From assembly GCA_003971905.1 (NCBI GenBank), contig RSEE01000079.1:248001-312000 (forward strand): DNA of 64,000 nucleotides, read 5' to 3'. Positions 12,935-26,146 of this stretch are shown in pieces (position 1 is the stretch's first letter; each line of letters starts with the position of its first letter). The notes below the pieces were generated by a model that was not told the DNA's origin, ran no database searches, and was given only the letters and a program-made list of their open reading frames with translations. A program made the position numbers and the translations under genes. Origin of the DNA: Moniliella sp. 'wahieum' (Eukaryota).

Positions 12935-14460
12935 CGGGGGATAGGGAAAGGTGGTGTTGATGCAGATGATGCATGCGAGGGGGGAAAGGGTGATTATTAT
13001 GATGGACAGCCGCTGTGGCAAAAGAGTTGCGCCACAGGAACACTGATTGCCGGCACGGGATTTCAACTGTTCGAAAAAAGTGTTCTGTGGAACGCCGTCC
13101 CCACCTCACCGGGGCCTATATATACACCACTGTGCCCTTTGAACGTGATACTATCTAGTACACCTCTCAGCATAGATACCCAAACATCATCGCACGGAGA
13201 CCCTCAATCCACCCACTCCTCAAGTATACGACGTACCTTGGCCAATCCAACACCCAGTTTCAGCCGTTGAGGCGAAAGGGGCTCCCAACAACTTTTGATT
13301 ACACTAAACAAAAGCCACTCGATTGCAACGCCGCGGGTTGGCTGCAACGGAAAACGGCCAAGTCATGCTCATCTAAGATAGCGCGCACACAAAGAAGATG
13401 ATGCCTGTATAACCGAGGGCAAGCGCGCGCCTGGACAGGTACTGGGAGGAGATAAGGGCGTTCCCATCCAAAGGTGGGGACCTGAGGAGAGAACACAAAA
13501 TTGTCAGCATCCGCCATGTAGCGACGGAAGAGCTTTGTGCATCTCAGAGAAAAGATACTCGAGGTCCAAATGGGGCCATGCCCCTTCGGGCGATGTGAGA
13601 CTGACAATCAGGTGTTTTGGGAATGACAGACGACGCTGATCCTTAAGCGCCCCAAGATGGCTCATGATCGAGTCATCTCCCATTACTGGTTGCTAAAGAA
13701 AACATCCTAGGTCATCACTGGCTCGCGAGGATCTAGACCTGTTGGCCTTTCAACCAGCATGCAGTACTACTACACAATTACGGATGCGTGGTTGGCGACC
13801 GGGGGCTACAGGACAAAGCGTCATGCCGAGTCAGACAAAGGGGGTGCATTTGTGTGGCGAAGCCAATCTGCGCAGCAAGAAAGGTCAGTATGTCTTTGTA
13901 GACGAAAAAAGGAAGCAATTCAGTCGTGACCTGATTTCGCCCTCGCGGACGGTACACAAGCCGCCATGCGGGCACGGGCACCTCACCCTCAAGCCCCAGA
14001 ACAAACCAGATACGACGCTCAACGACTGCCCCGTTTGCTCCCGTTCCCCCCAACCCCAACATCCTACCCCCCCTCCCACTACCAAACCCCATCCTATAAA
14101 AAGAATGGGGCCCCATAGGGGAGTTGAATCGGCGCGGGGCCGGGCATCCTGGGCATCCACTGGGCAAGCGGACGAGTATTGTACCACAGTGCTCATTCAG
14201 AGCGAAGGAGAGGGCATGCCCACTGGTCGTGATTGTGAGGTAACCCCGCCGCTTCGACGGCTCTTCCTAAGTAGACGGCACGCCCCGTGGGGCTTGGTCA
14301 TCATCCAACGCCTAGGCAGACACTTACTGAGGAATGGTGGTGGTCGTCAGTTAAGTGTGGATGCAAGTGAAGAAAGAGAAGACGTGTGGTGTGGATGGCG
14401 GAAAAGGTGAAGGGGCGGAATGCGGTTGCCCCACTGATTTTCAACTTTGCCTAGTAGTGC

Positions 14461-14487
14461 ACTAGTCACTAGTCACTAGTCACTAGT
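14461..14487. repeat. (ACTAGTC)n heptamer array; more copies at 15122-15200
   Basis: ACTAGTC x3 plus ACTAGT, followed by tt(g/t)gagtta, which recurs twice in the 15122-15200 block. Confidence 0.9.
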
Positions 14488-14503
14488 TTGGAGTTATCAT
14501 ATA

Positions 14504-14655
14504 CGAGGAGACCACCGGGCCTACGGCCCGGTCTGCTGCGTCGCCACCGTAGCCACCGTTCCCCTTCCCCTTCAGCCACCGTAGCCACCGTTCCACCGTT
14601 CCCCCGGTCCACCATTGCCATCTAGCCACCGTTCCCCCCTTCGCCACCGTAGTTA
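14504..14655 (-). mobile_element. Helitron 3' end (same family as 1544-1794)
   Basis: Same hairpin ACCGGGCCGTAGGCCCGGT followed by ggtctc-CTCG|T, and internal gccaccgt(a/t) repeats shared with the 1544 copy. Confidence 0.7.
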
Positions 14656-15399
14656 TAATATCACCGATACGCGCTGGCTGGGGTGGCTGGGATGGCTGGC
14701 TGCGCCCCGGTGGCTTGCAATGCTGATGTAAAAGAGTGGTGCACACCCCGTTTGGGATTCTAAATACCAGGGACGCACTCAAGAGCCGTTTTTCCCCCTG
14801 GTTTTGACGACGCGAGGATACTACGGCACCAAGACGGCGGGCAAGTTGTTCGCGCATTGGAAGGAGTTGGCTACTAAGTCTCAGTGGAAATGGTTCCTCG
14901 CTCGGATGTCAACCACGTTCCTCCGTGTCCACACGCGCTTCCTAGGGTATGGGACCGGATGGCGTGAGCCGGAGGGTCCTGATATCCTGGCGATCCCCCT
15001 GGTCCCTTGACCTGGTGGCGCCCCAAGTAACCCCCGCAAGATGAACGGTTAGGTTTAGACGTAGCGTTCCCCCTGTCCCAGCCTTAAGCTCTGTGAATGA
15101 AATGGACGTGGTCTAGAGATATCACTAGTCACTAGTCACTAGTCAAGCTAGTCACTAGTTTTGAGTTATCACTAGTCACTAGTCACTAGTTTTGAGTTAC
15201 TACTAGCGTATCATGGCGGGAGCTAGGGGGCCCTGACTGATTGTGCCACGGTGGGGACACCGTTGGCTCCCTGATAGACTTGAATGATTAATGATGGTAC
15301 ACGCTAAAGCACACGCCGGATGGACGCGATCTTGATAGGTTCAGCGTTTTCTTGCCCCTAAGTTTTGCAAATGCTAGGAAAGCTATACACGAATAGCTC

Positions 15400-17760
15400 C
15401 CCTCGGGAACATGTGGGACGGGGACGGGCGTATATATAGGGACAATGTTTGTTGGCCAAATTTCAAGGCCCCCGCCATCCACCCTCCCCCCATGTTCATG
15501 AACGTCATGAACTGTACCGCCAGCTTTGTGTACGTGGGCGCTGTGTAGTTGCCAAAATGGAGGCGATAAAAGGTTCGCCACTCTCATGCCAACCATTCAG
15601 ATATAGAAGTGTAGTTTTCGGCGGTAACGTGTGTTGAAGAACACAACGGAAGGAATGAAGAGGGAGGTGTTTGAATTGGCAACTCAATCCATTGTAATAA
15701 GACCACAGGTGAACCCAAAGGATAGGTGGTGACCCTTTGGAGAAGCAGAGCAATGCAATCTTGTTGGTGGTGGTTAGGGTAGAAAACTGTTCTCAACTCA
15801 GGCGGTTCATGCAACCCGTGGCAAATGTGATATCCCTGAGTCCTATATGATAACAAGAACATCAGAGTGCTGTAGGTGAGCTATTCCTATATTCACAGCA
15901 GAAGGACATGATGCTCTCACAAAGGGTATATATTCGTATCCCTCCAAAAAACGATTGCGGTCATTTACGAGTAGTGGCGTCACTCGACATGCCACACAAA
16001 AGGGGCCAACGCCAAGATGTGGTTGAAGGTACGGTTGCGCCCTATCGGGTCGGATATTGGCAACCGTACCCGTTGGCCGGAGCAAAGCAGCATCTCCAAC
16101 CCCTCTGTAGTTTTTTTCACTTCTTCCACGTCCTCGAGGGAGAAGAGTGTGCTCCCCACCATCATCTCCCTTCCATGAAGAAGCAACAGTCCGTCGCCCA
16201 TTAGCGTGGAGATACGGGTCTCTGTGCTCCGTAGTAGAGCCATGGCCATCTGGGTATTATCTGGTGCCCCAACCAGGCGCAATAGCGACGTACCAGTACC
16301 TCCCCATCCGACTTGTCGGCGTAAAGGTACGCTGAAGAACAGCATGCCCATCAGTAGAGGCGCGTACGGGGTCAAGCACATCACGAGCACCAGTAGTGCA
16401 CGTCTACTGGCTTCGGGCGCGTGCCAGGAAAGAACGTTGCCTACTTGCTCTTCAATCCGGGTTATGCGGTACGCCCACGCCTAGAGGAGAGGGCAGTGGG
16501 TGCCTCCGAAGATAGTGTGCACTTAATCGGCATCGCAACGAAGAAGGGTATCAAAACCCACAGTCCATACTTCAACTTCAAGAGCCACACCTGCCCGGGG
16601 TCAGTTGCTTATCAGACGGTCGGTGAGGCAGAGTGTACGGACATACAAGCAAACCTATTGCTGACACACTCGGGCTGTCCAGCGATAGATGGCAGCAACA
16701 GTACTGTCAAACGCTGCCCGCAGGGGGAGATACGCAGCGTACATCCCGCCACCCATTTCGTCATACGGTATAGGTTGTACGAATCGCTCGGGTGTCTTGG
16801 CCATCAAACCACCCGCCACTGCCTCAAGGAGGGCCAATAAATAACCCGGGGAATCAAATTCCATCCGTCCTTCTTGTTCTTCGGTCCACTCATGCCACCG
16901 TGGGAACTCCCTGGGCACCCAGCCAGACAGCGGCGCTGCAGCCCGGGCCAGACGCACACGTTTTCCCCATTGCCCAAGGTAACGCTCCACTATCGTCTCC
17001 TCCCATGAAGAAGAGGGAATACTTGCCTGGTCTCCCTGCACCGACAAACACTTCAGTGTCTCGATGCTTTCTCCACGCGAGGGGGAACGCGCCACGGGGG
17101 GGAAGAGTCCGAATAGGCGATGGTGTGTGGAGAACTTATCGGTTGAACGAGTATTGTTGTTGGGCGCGTTATTTTGCTGTGCGCATGAAGCCACTTTTTC
17201 ACTTGTACGCGATTCAGTCGAGGCTGATGTCTCTCCCTCCCTAACGGTATAAGGGCATTGGGCAGCCTTCACAATGAACTCTTCATGAACGGGTTCTTGT
17301 TGTTCTGAAAGCCAAGGGAAGGACGATGATGACGTTTCTATAGCTTCAGTGTCTTGAAGCGAGGCCGAGGTCCAGGGGGCTGGTGCTCTTGCTGGAATTT
17401 CCATTGTAGGTGCAAAAAATGCTTTTTGCTGCAGTCGGACTGACGCTGAAGAGAGACCGGCGAGGATGGCCGTGCGTGTGCCCTTGAGGGTGGGGAAGAC
17501 ACCAGATTGAGCCTTGGTTTCCAGGGCCAGCGGTGTTTCTGCTGCCTAGTATTTCGAGACAAGGGAACTGTCTCTCCAGGAGTCGGTACTTGAGGCGGTG
17601 ATCCCGCCGTGCTCGCACTGGCATGGGGCCACACTGCTAGCGGCAGATGTGGTTTGCTCTTCATCAGTTGATCCAACAGAGGGGTCCTCTCGGCTTCAGA
17701 GCAGACCGGCGGGTATATATCAGTCAATAAGGAGGAAGCCGTGGTGATCAATGGTACTTC
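15400..17760 (-). mobile_element. Decayed DIRS/Ngaro-like (tyrosine-recombinase) retrotransposon: gag-like region and start of RT
   Basis: Fragments in the expected order across frameshifts: VTPLLVND..FLEGY, GYHI..VFYPNH, PFIASILATTQRPRTQSWR/TVHD (compare the DIRS RT PF.VSPLG.VPK....WR.IHDLS). A Pro/Ser-rich ORF lies upstream. RT core, RNase H and YR were not seen. Confidence 0.5.
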
Positions 17761-18564
17761 CACCGACCCTCCAAGGTGGCCTTCCCTTTCAGGGGTGGGG
17801 CCTGGCGGGGCGGGAGGAGAAGTGAGGGTGGAGGCGGCGAGAGCTAGGCGGTTGTGTTCTTCTGGGGTTGGCTATGCCGCCATGTGGATGGCGTGGACCA
17901 GAGCTGGAAAGTGTGGCTGGACGTGTTGCTGCCCATGATGCGGATGGCGGGTGCGTCGTGCGGGTCCAGCACACGTCGAGCTGGTTGGACGAGCGGAGGG
18001 GCCGGTTGGGCACCCCGCATTGTCACGTGTGCGGCATTGTGTGGGGCAGCTTCTAGCCAGCGTATGGCTCAGGCTGAGCTCTGCTCCCAACGCATCATCC
18101 ATCAGCCCGCGCTGAACGCTGAGCCCTTGTACCCCACCAGTCAGACTGTCTAGCTTCTAGAAACTACTATTAGCAGCAGGAACGTGAGGTATACCACCGG
18201 AGAAACGTCCCTTCATTCTGTCCTGCAGCAGGCTGCGCAACGACAACCAGGTTGCTATCTCGCCCCCTGCCCGCGTCAGAGCCTTTGAACGCCTCAACAT
18301 CGTCATCACAGAATGTCAAAGAGATGTGGACCGAAACCGGGAACAGTTAGAACCACAACCCGCGACCAATAAGCAGATCACTTTATTTCCAAGATTTTTC
18401 GCCGCGCCGACTCCGTCGTCTTGGGAGTAGGTATCCTAAACCCGGCTAATATATTAGTACGCCTTGTGTTCATGCAGTTCATGGCCTATTTTTGAAAGAG
18501 GTGGGGTGCATGGTCTATTGAAGGAGACCACGCATAAAAGATCCAGTATATCGTAGGATAGACG

Positions 18565-20660
18565 CTACACGGGAACCACTTCATGGATCAAGATGGACTC
18601 GGTGGAGGTACCCATCCAGCCTCGGTCTCCCGATCCGACAAAGAGGAAGCGCGCTGTCGGGTCGAGCGCAAGCGAGGATACGGTGGCGCCATTGTGGCCG
18701 GCGATGATACGAAACGCGGCGTTCTTGGTCGCGGGCTGGGTGTCCCAGAAGCGCACGTTATCAGTTGTCCCTGTCACAATGTGCCGGTCATTCGGCATGG
18801 CCAGCACCGCGGTCACAGGGCCACATCCGCGGGGGACGATGGGTGGCACGGAGCCCAGCGTTGCTGCCCCACTCGCTGCTGGATGAGAGGGCGCGCAAAT
18901 CCCATTCCTCCACGCACTCGTTCCTGCGGCCCCATAGATCCGATCACCATAGGGCGACCAGCAGGCAGACTGGCACCACGGCGGCGTCTTTTCCTGAAGG
19001 GGAAGGGCATGCACCCCACCCTTCTCCCCAGGCTTAACACGTCGGTCCCACAGAAGCACTTGCCCCGCCAACGTTGTGCTCAGAAACACATCTGGGCTGA
19101 AATGTGAAAGGTCAGCGTCGAACCCCTCGCCCCCGCGGAGAGAGGCAAGTTTCCTCTCTCGCACATCTTCCTTAGGAGGGGGGGAGAGGTCCTTTTTCGG
19201 ACTGTGGCTCACCGCCAGGGGTTCATCCTCTGACGAGCTTTCCTCCTTGGACTGGGGAAGTGTCATCACAGGCGATCCAGTGGGAAGTGATCCGGGTAGG
19301 ACAGGACGTGACCCAGGGAGCTGCAGTATTGGTCCAGTATCTGAGCCATCATCCGAATCCGCCTCTCCGTCCGCATCTTCCTCACTATCCCCAAAGAGCG
19401 AGTCGCCATCGGAGTCGCCCTCCTCTGTTGGGCCAGGCGCCCCATTCGCATCACGAACTCCAGGACTCGGGCTCGGACTGGGGGCGGGCAATTCCGAATC
19501 TTTCTTTCCGTTGTCCGACGCACTCGCTTCCTCGAGAGGAGCTGCTTCCGTAGGCGGAGGAGATGGACTTGCATTAGCATGAGCATTAGCATTCGGATTC
19601 GCGCTTGCTGACTCGACTGTTCCAGTCGGGGCTGAGTCCTCTTGAATAGGAGTGGGACTAGCCTTCTCTTCGTCCTCGTCCACATCCATGGGTTCCTCGG
19701 TATGTGTGGGCTTGCTTTCTGATGCCTCGGATAGTTCCGACGCAATGGGCCCCTCGGGCGCATCACCAAGGTCGGGGTGATCAGAAGCGGCACTGGAAAT
19801 GATACTGACGGCCCCCTTTGGAGGGCGCACATCACCAATTGGCCCAAAGGTGCGGAAAGCGATGCCGGAAACTTGACCCACATGGTCAGGGTACTGCCTC
19901 ACGACCTGCCCAGTATCCAAATCCCAGTCCAGCACTGTGTGGTCCCACCCCCGCTAATCACGCCCTTCTCGCCAGGGGTCAAGGCCAATGCGGACACGGC
20001 TCCGCGATGTCTTCGGAGAGCATGCACAACCGACGACCGTCCGCCCAAAGCATGTCGCAGAGGAATCAAGTTGATTGACCCAGTCTCTGAGCCAGCCAGG
20101 GCCCAGAGGGCTTGTGAATGGCACACGACCGAGTGCACGGTGCAGCGGAACTTGACTGGCGGCACGTCCTCCTCGCTCTCAGACGCACGCCGCTTTCCCT
20201 TGCTCTTGCGCGGAGAGGGGGCATCAGATCCAATCTCCTCGTTCGGGTAGTAGGCTGAGAGGACACCGGCTTTGTAGAAGCCTTCGGTGTACTGGTGCCG
20301 CAAACTGACAGTGAGGAGACTACGCCCATTCACCGTCCCATACACGTCATACCGACGCACGTACCCGTCTGACCCCGCAGAGAGCAAAACAGCCCCATCA
20401 CCACTGAGGGCAAGATCGCTCACCTGTGCGCCGCCCGTAGCACAGACGGCCAGAGGCTCGCCCGTGTACCCAGCACAGGTACGGGCGCGAGAGAGGATAC
20501 CGTGGCGGGATTGGATGAAGAGGTCGGTGCGTTCGCGCACAAGCCTGTCGTATTCGGTCTGCCCGGCCTCGGGGGGTGGTGTGGGGCTCTCTACACCGAG
20601 TTTCGGTGGGGGCTGATCGTCGGGCTCGGCGCTCGCGATGGGCGCGTCGGACTCGTTCAT
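18565..20660 (-). CDS. SPT8: SAGA subunit Spt8, WD40 protein (frameshifted)
   Basis: LLSAGSDGYVRRYD..TVNG..L, VHSVVCHSQALWALAGSETGSINL..LRH, LDWDLDTGQVVR, LWDRRV, TPPWCQSACWS and GSGDRGWMGTSTE. Confidence 0.92.
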
Positions 20661-20776
20661 GGCGTGCGCGCTGCTCTTCGCACCGCGCGGGCTTCGTGGT
20701 TGACGGGATTGGTCGAAGTTGAAGTTGAAGCGTGAAGGTTGTTGAACGCTGGGCTTCGGTTGAAGACGGGTTCAGT

Positions 20777-20821
20777 TGAACGTTGAAACTTGGAGCTTGA
20801 GGCTTGAAAATTGAAGCTTGA
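20777..20821. repeat. 7-nt TGA lattice upstream of SPT8
   Basis: TGA (once TGG) at 20777, 20784, 20791, 20798, 20805, 20812 and 20819, with fillers acgt, aact, agct, ggct, aaat, agct. Confidence 0.85.
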
Positions 20822-21536
20822 AGTTGAAGTCATTTGAACCTGAAATGTTAAAACTGCGGAAGCGAGGCCTGTGCGGCGGAACCGGCGATGCAGGCGGTTC
20901 GCTTCCGCAGCCGGGCGCACGCCAATGAACCAGATGCATGTCTGCACTCTGCTTCATTCTGATTGATGCACGCCGCCATGAGCGTGTGACGCACAAGCTC
21001 CTCCTCCCTGTATGCTTATGGGGCCAATGTGTGTGCAGCCATGAAATATCTCTCAACGATATCGGCGGAAAACTGCTACATCATCATGATCAATCCACAG
21101 TGAGGGGGCCTGCACGCGAGGGGGCCTGTACCGTGGCGCACACACCCGTCTCTTTCTTGACATCAAATTGCGGCCTAGACTTGAGTTCCACTTTGGTCCC
21201 CGACTCAGGCGTAGCCGGCACCACTCTCTGCTCCTCAACCATGCGGAGGATCTTCATCTCTGAGGATTTGTTGCGGGAGGTTGAAGAATGAAGATTCCTC
21301 GCTCTCCAGAGGCACATTTTGGTGCTCAGATGCCCTCGGTGCACCGTGCCTTGTCGTTCATACAATCAGGCCGACGCAGATGGTTTGATCGATATCACAT
21401 GGGAATCATCTCTGGCTACGTTCCCGCCGCTGGGCATGCCAGGATCACCAGGCCATGTCGCTTGATGGATGGTCCGTAAAAGCGCCCATCTTTGGTTTTG
21501 GCTCCCAGAAAAAGATGACGGAGGAGTGGGCAAAAA

Positions 21537-21622
21537 CGTTCCATGTTGGGCTCGAACCAACGACCTCCCGATGGCCGAAAGTGCTAACAGTCGGACGCTC
21601 TAGCCAACTGAGCTAATAGAAC
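21537..21622 (-). tRNA. tRNA-Asn(GTT) with 12-nt intron
   Basis: Minus strand reads GTTCTAT TA GCTC AGTTGGCTA GAGC G TCCGA CT GTT A [GCACTTTCGGCC] A TCGGG AGGTC GTTGG TTCGAGC CCAAC ATGGAAC G, followed by a TTTTT Pol III terminator. Confidence 0.95.
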
Positions 21623-21887
21623 TGATTTTTCGAAGTTAACCTGCTCCCCTCCCCACAATCAGCTCGTTTCTATATACCAACGGAACTTGTTTGTTTGACT
21701 AGTTGTGAAGTCGATGCAGTCCAGCCACATTGTAATTGCCTTGGTTCATTGAGTTCGGAGAGCCTTCTTTGTGTTACCGCCAAAAAAAGCTGTGGACTAT
21801 CCTGCTGAAGGAGAAGGAGAATGGAGGACGTGGTTCTGAGGAGAGTACTGCGGGCTATGGGAATGGTAGGGCTTAGTACCGGAGCAG

Positions 21888-22500
21888 AGTGAGCGCTGAG
21901 CCTCAGCGCTGAGCGTCCGGGCGATAAGAGGGGACCGGTGATCCGGTGATCGGTGATGCGTATCACGCGTCACGCGTCACGCAGGATGGCGTGCGATTGG
22001 AGTAACCCTAAGGCATCGCCCCAACACATCCTCAGGCCCACTGCGTTTGCTGCTGCTCGCGCTCACATGTCGTAAGGCTTGCTTGTCGGACAGTCTCTAA
22101 CTATATCTTAGGCAGAGCTTAAGGCTGGGTTAAACGTTAAACGTTAAGCGCTAAGTGGTGGCCAAGATGGCGACGGTGGAACGGTGGTTACGGTTACCGG
22201 TTGGTTACTGGTTACGTTGATTACGGTGGCGACGGTGGCCCAGCACCCAAACCGGGCCGCAGGTCGTAGGCCAGGTGGTCTCCTCGGATGCAGTGTATCG
22301 CATTTGAATATTGAATGTTACACCACTGGATCACCAGTCACCGGTCACCGGTCACCCTAAGCCGTCACGCGTCACGCGTCGCATGCCACATGCAACGGAC
22401 GGGAACGCGGGAACGCGGGAACACTGTTTGAGATGGGAGATGGGAGAGCGGCCGGGTGCTGCGTGACCGCGTGAGCATGACGCGGGACCTGTGACCTCAC
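21888..22500. repeat. Mosaic heptamer clusters between tRNA-Asn and the MFS gene
   Basis: tgagcgc-tga, (tcacgcg)n, (taaacgt)2-taa, tgaatat-tga, and tcaccag-(tcaccgg)2-tca. Confidence 0.85.
22165..22286 (+). mobile_element. Degenerate Helitron 3' end
   Basis: ggcgacggtgg repeats, then a disrupted hairpin accgggccg..cgtaggccaggt followed by ggtctc-CTCG, matching the other family members. Confidence 0.6.
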
Positions 22501-22941
22501 TGGTGATGGAGGTAATCACCCGCCCAAGTTTGCAACTTGCATCAAAATCGAAATTCTGCAGGCGGGCTAATTCTTACTGGCTATTACTCGGCGCTTACCA
22601 CCGCAGATCCCCTGGCCTCACGCGCTGCCGCTGCACATCGATGCATGCAGCACGCATCAGCGCTCACCTGAGCAGCTCAGCAGATTGCCTGCACACGCCA
22701 TGCGCACCATCCCTCCCTCCATCTTGCCACCACCATCGCCTCCCGCCGGCCCTTGCCTCCTCTGGCCACACTAGTGCCAGCGCAGCTTCTTGGCTCCTCT
22801 CTCCTCATCCATCATCTCTAGATCTCTCTGGTCTGCCCGTCCGACAAGCTAGCTACACGCGCCGCAGTGTGTGCTGTTGCAACCTACGGTGCTTTCACTG
22901 GGTCGACTCTTGCGTACACCACCACAGCGTTCTAACCGGCG

Positions 22942-24795
22942 ATGCAGCTTCTCGATCGCTCCCAAGAAATACAGCTTGTTATTTCCCTCCCTTGCCCTTC
23001 TAGCACTGGGCGGCAACCCTTGTCGCTCCAATGGTTGCTAGCGCACCTGCTCCGATTCCGATTCCGACTCGCCCCTTCATCCGTTCCCCCATCCAGTTCC
23101 CCCCTCTTAGGCTGTCATGAAGCCACAGACTTGTCCACCAGTGCAACCCCTGGTCTTTTGGATGAGTCAACGGCCTCCCCATCTCCCGTGCAGGCCAGCG
23201 AGTGTCAAGGAGAGGTGCCCACACGTTTATCGACGCAAAACGGTGGGCTTAACCTTGCCGACAAATCCTTACAACACTTGCCCGATCCGTTTCGCGTGAC
23301 CTTTAAGCCCAATGACCCTTGCAACCCAAAGTGCTGGCACCCGCTGCGTAAATGGCAGATTCTTCTTGTCACCTTACTCTTGCAAATATGGGCCAATGCC
23401 ATCTCCGCAACATACGCTCCTGGTTTACCCTATGTGGAGCACGACTTTCACGTTAGCCCTGCCGCGGCCCGGGTGGTTCAAGCTGTTTATCTCTATGGGT
23501 TCGCCTGCGGTCCCGTTTTCAGCGCACCGCTGTCCGAAGATTTTGGCCGGCTTCCTGTTCTCTTAGCTGGTTCAACAGGCATGGGCATTTTCCAACTGCA
23601 TTGCGCTCTGAGCCCCAACTTGGTTCTCTTATCGCTGCGCGCTTTTTGGCGGGATTCTTTGCAGCGTCTACCTTCAACTCGATTGGAACTGTGGCCGATT
23701 TGTGGATTGCTGAGGAGCAAGGGTGGGGGTCAACTCATTTGGACTCTCGGCCGAACTTGGGGTGGTGATCGCCTCAATCTACTCGGGCTTTTTAGTGCAG
23801 CGCACCCAGACGTGGCGCTGGTTGTTTGGCGTGACTGGGATCGTAACCGGATTCTTGGTGGTCCTTGCGCTGCTCACTGTGCCTGAAACTAACGACGGAG
23901 TGCTCCTGTCCCGTCGTGCGCGTAAACTGCGCCGGGAAACTAGTGACGACCGTTACTACGCAGAGCATGACAGGATCCGTGCCCAAAGAAGTCACTTGGA
24001 CACGTTCCGTGAAGTGGTTGTTCGTCCTGCGCATATGCTCCTTACGGAACCGATCGTCTCGGCTTTTGCAGCATTTGACGGGTATAACTACAGCATTATC
24101 TATCTCTGTCTCGAGGCCGTCCCAATGATTTACTCTCGGCATCACGGATTTTCTTTGCCGCACCAAACCTTCCCCTTTATCGCGATGGGCATTGGCTTCA
24201 TCCTTGCTTTTTCCACATACTTTATCCCCCAGGCAATCGTCCGTCGTGTCCAGCGTCGCTCCCCTACGGGGGATGCCGAGCCCGAGTCGTACTTGATTTG
24301 GGGTTTATTCATTGCCCCTCTGTTCCCTGCAAGCCTCTTGTACGTACTTCCTTAATCTGTCTCGCTTATTCCAGGCCAAAGAAACTCACATTTATTCAGC
24401 TGGTTTGCATGGACCCTTCAATCATCGGTCCATTGGATTGTTTCTATGCTGGCCCTCGGTGCCTTTGGGTACAGTTCGCACGTCATTTTTATTTTTTGAG
24501 CGACTATACGGTCGGGGCGTACGGGCACTATGCAGCGAGTGCTGTCGCTGGTCAATCGCTTGCCCGCGAGATCATCTCAGGTAGTGCGTCCCTCATCGCC
24601 GAGCCCATGTTCAACAACCTGCCTACCTATGAGTGGGCTGCCTGCGTGTTGGCCTTCATTGCATTGCCCTTGGCACTGATCCCCATCGTGCTGTTCAAAG
24701 CGGGACCATGGTTGCGGAACCATTCACCATTTGCCAAGCAGATCGCGCTAACAGCCAAGCAAGATGCCATCCACTGGTCCAGCTCGACTGCGTAA
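22942..24795 (+). CDS. MFS drug:H+ antiporter (DHA1 family); start uncertain, frameshifted
   Basis: DPCNPKCW..RKW, GPVFSAPLSEDFGR.PV, WRWLF, VPET...LLSRRARKLRRET, RPAHMLLTEPIV, DYTVGAYGHYAASAVAGQSLAR and GPWLRNHSPFA. Intron near 24341-24399. Confidence 0.9.
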
Positions 24796-25531
24796 CAGGG
24801 CTTTGGTTGGAATGTTTGGCCGATCGCATACTATCTCTAATTCCTGTCATGTGGATGGTGTCACCAGAAGCAGATGACAGTGCCTGCCATCTGCGAGGGT
24901 TATCCATCATACCCTAACAGTTCAGGTTGAGCGAGCTTGACTGGTGTGGCGATGCTGCTGTCCATATTTATGTACCATTGGACGGACCAGAGACTTTGCC
25001 CCGCGACACTACCGCTCCTGCACGCTTCTCTCTTACCGCCCCGTTTACTCTTGGGGCGCGCTTGCCAACATATCAACACATCCCTGCCGTGTTTACTGGC
25101 AGTACGACCATTGTTGTGCCGTCGATTACACTCGCTATCAAGGTCTCATCAACTGTGCGGGAAGGCATGCCACTCCTGAGGTCACATGTCCGAAATGTGC
25201 CTGCAACCCCATCAGGACGACTCTATAACGTCACGCCTACCTGGAACTTATTCGGTCCTCCACCTGGAACCACGTCGACGCATGAAACTTCGGCCACTTG
25301 CAACAAATGACATGCAGTTCTGTTCCAGGAAGGGCGCAAGCCAGGCTTCCACCTCAAAGACCTCGACCATGTTAGTATCTTTGCCTTCCGGCGCATCACA
25401 TTGTAAAAAACATCAATGATCATCAGTCTATCGATCTCTTCTCACGCGAGGTCTATACGATGCTCACCATTGAGTGGTGATGAACCGAATAAAGCCAAAT
25501 CTTCATTGTAGAATGTCTCCACCGAGGTACT

Positions 25532-25620
25532 ATGAAGAACCATCCCAGCAGCATCCCCCCTCACAGGCTTTGTCTCAAGGTTGGAACGCCAGTCATGCAT
25601 ATCCGAAACGATTGCTCAGT
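25532..25620 (+). pseudogene. PIF1-family (Helitron RepHel-type) helicase fragment
   Basis: IPPHRLCLKVGTPVMHIRN matches the PPH.L.LKVG.P.ML.RN motif of the Helitron/PIF1 2B domain. The surrounding frame is not intact. Confidence 0.6.
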
Positions 25621-25971
25621 CAACAGCTTCGTCACCGGCACCGATCCCGCGATCCGACCTTGGGCGCCACCACTTGAGGGTCCTTCCACCCTTCCCCCGC
25701 AGACGGTACCCCATTGTACAGAAAGGGGATTCAGTAGCACCTGCTCGTGTCCATATATATATTGCCCTCTTAACGAACCAACTGCCATGGGACGCACCTG
25801 GGATGGCTTGGGTGGGCTGGGTGTTGCCGGCTGCTGATGTATGATGCTGGGTGCATGATGCTGGCGGCCAGGCAAGGTTCAATGTTCTGCTGAGTACGTT
25901 GTTGCGTTGTCCCCGCGCTCGGCGCCAGTCGGGGCGATTTGCGATTGGAGATTGGGCAATCCCTGACTGGG

Positions 25972-26086
25972 TCACTCGTCACGCGTCACTAGTCACTAGT
26001 CACTAGTCACTGGTCCCTACTGCGAATGGACGATTGCCTCTGCGGGTCACTAGGGTCACTAGTCACTAGCTAGTCACTAGTCACTC
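25972..26086. repeat. 7-nt TCA lattice upstream of the Skg3/Caf120-like gene
   Basis: TCA at 25972, 25979, 25986, 25993, 26000 and 26007 with fillers ctcg, cgcg, ctag, ctag, ctag, ctgg. A second ACTAGT block lies at 26047-26086. Confidence 0.9.
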
Positions 26087-26146
26087 GTCCCAAGCGTGGC
26101 TGCCCAGCCCCGGGGCGGCAGTGCATCAGGCACGCTGCCGCCATAC

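Noticed and set aside
13230..14410. Possible small spliced gene on the minus strand, and a 222-aa plus-strand ORF
   Set aside because: Splice-like signals exist, but there is no coherent frame or recognisable domain.
14804..15070. Short ORF resembling a LINE ORF2 C-terminus
   Set aside because: The similarity is too vague, with no poly(A) tail or TSD.
14461..15200. CRISPR array or telomeric repeat
   Set aside because: The context is eukaryotic, there are no 25-40 bp repeats with unique spacers and no cas genes, and the units are internal, varied and not G-rich telomere-like.
15078..22129. 7-kb piggyBac-like element bounded by the 17-bp inverted repeat CCCAGCCTTAAGCTCTG
   Set aside because: Only the right side has TTAA, the interval holds SPT8 and a tRNA but no transposase, and a third copy of the motif lies near 59738. 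It is better explained as a dispersed repeat end.
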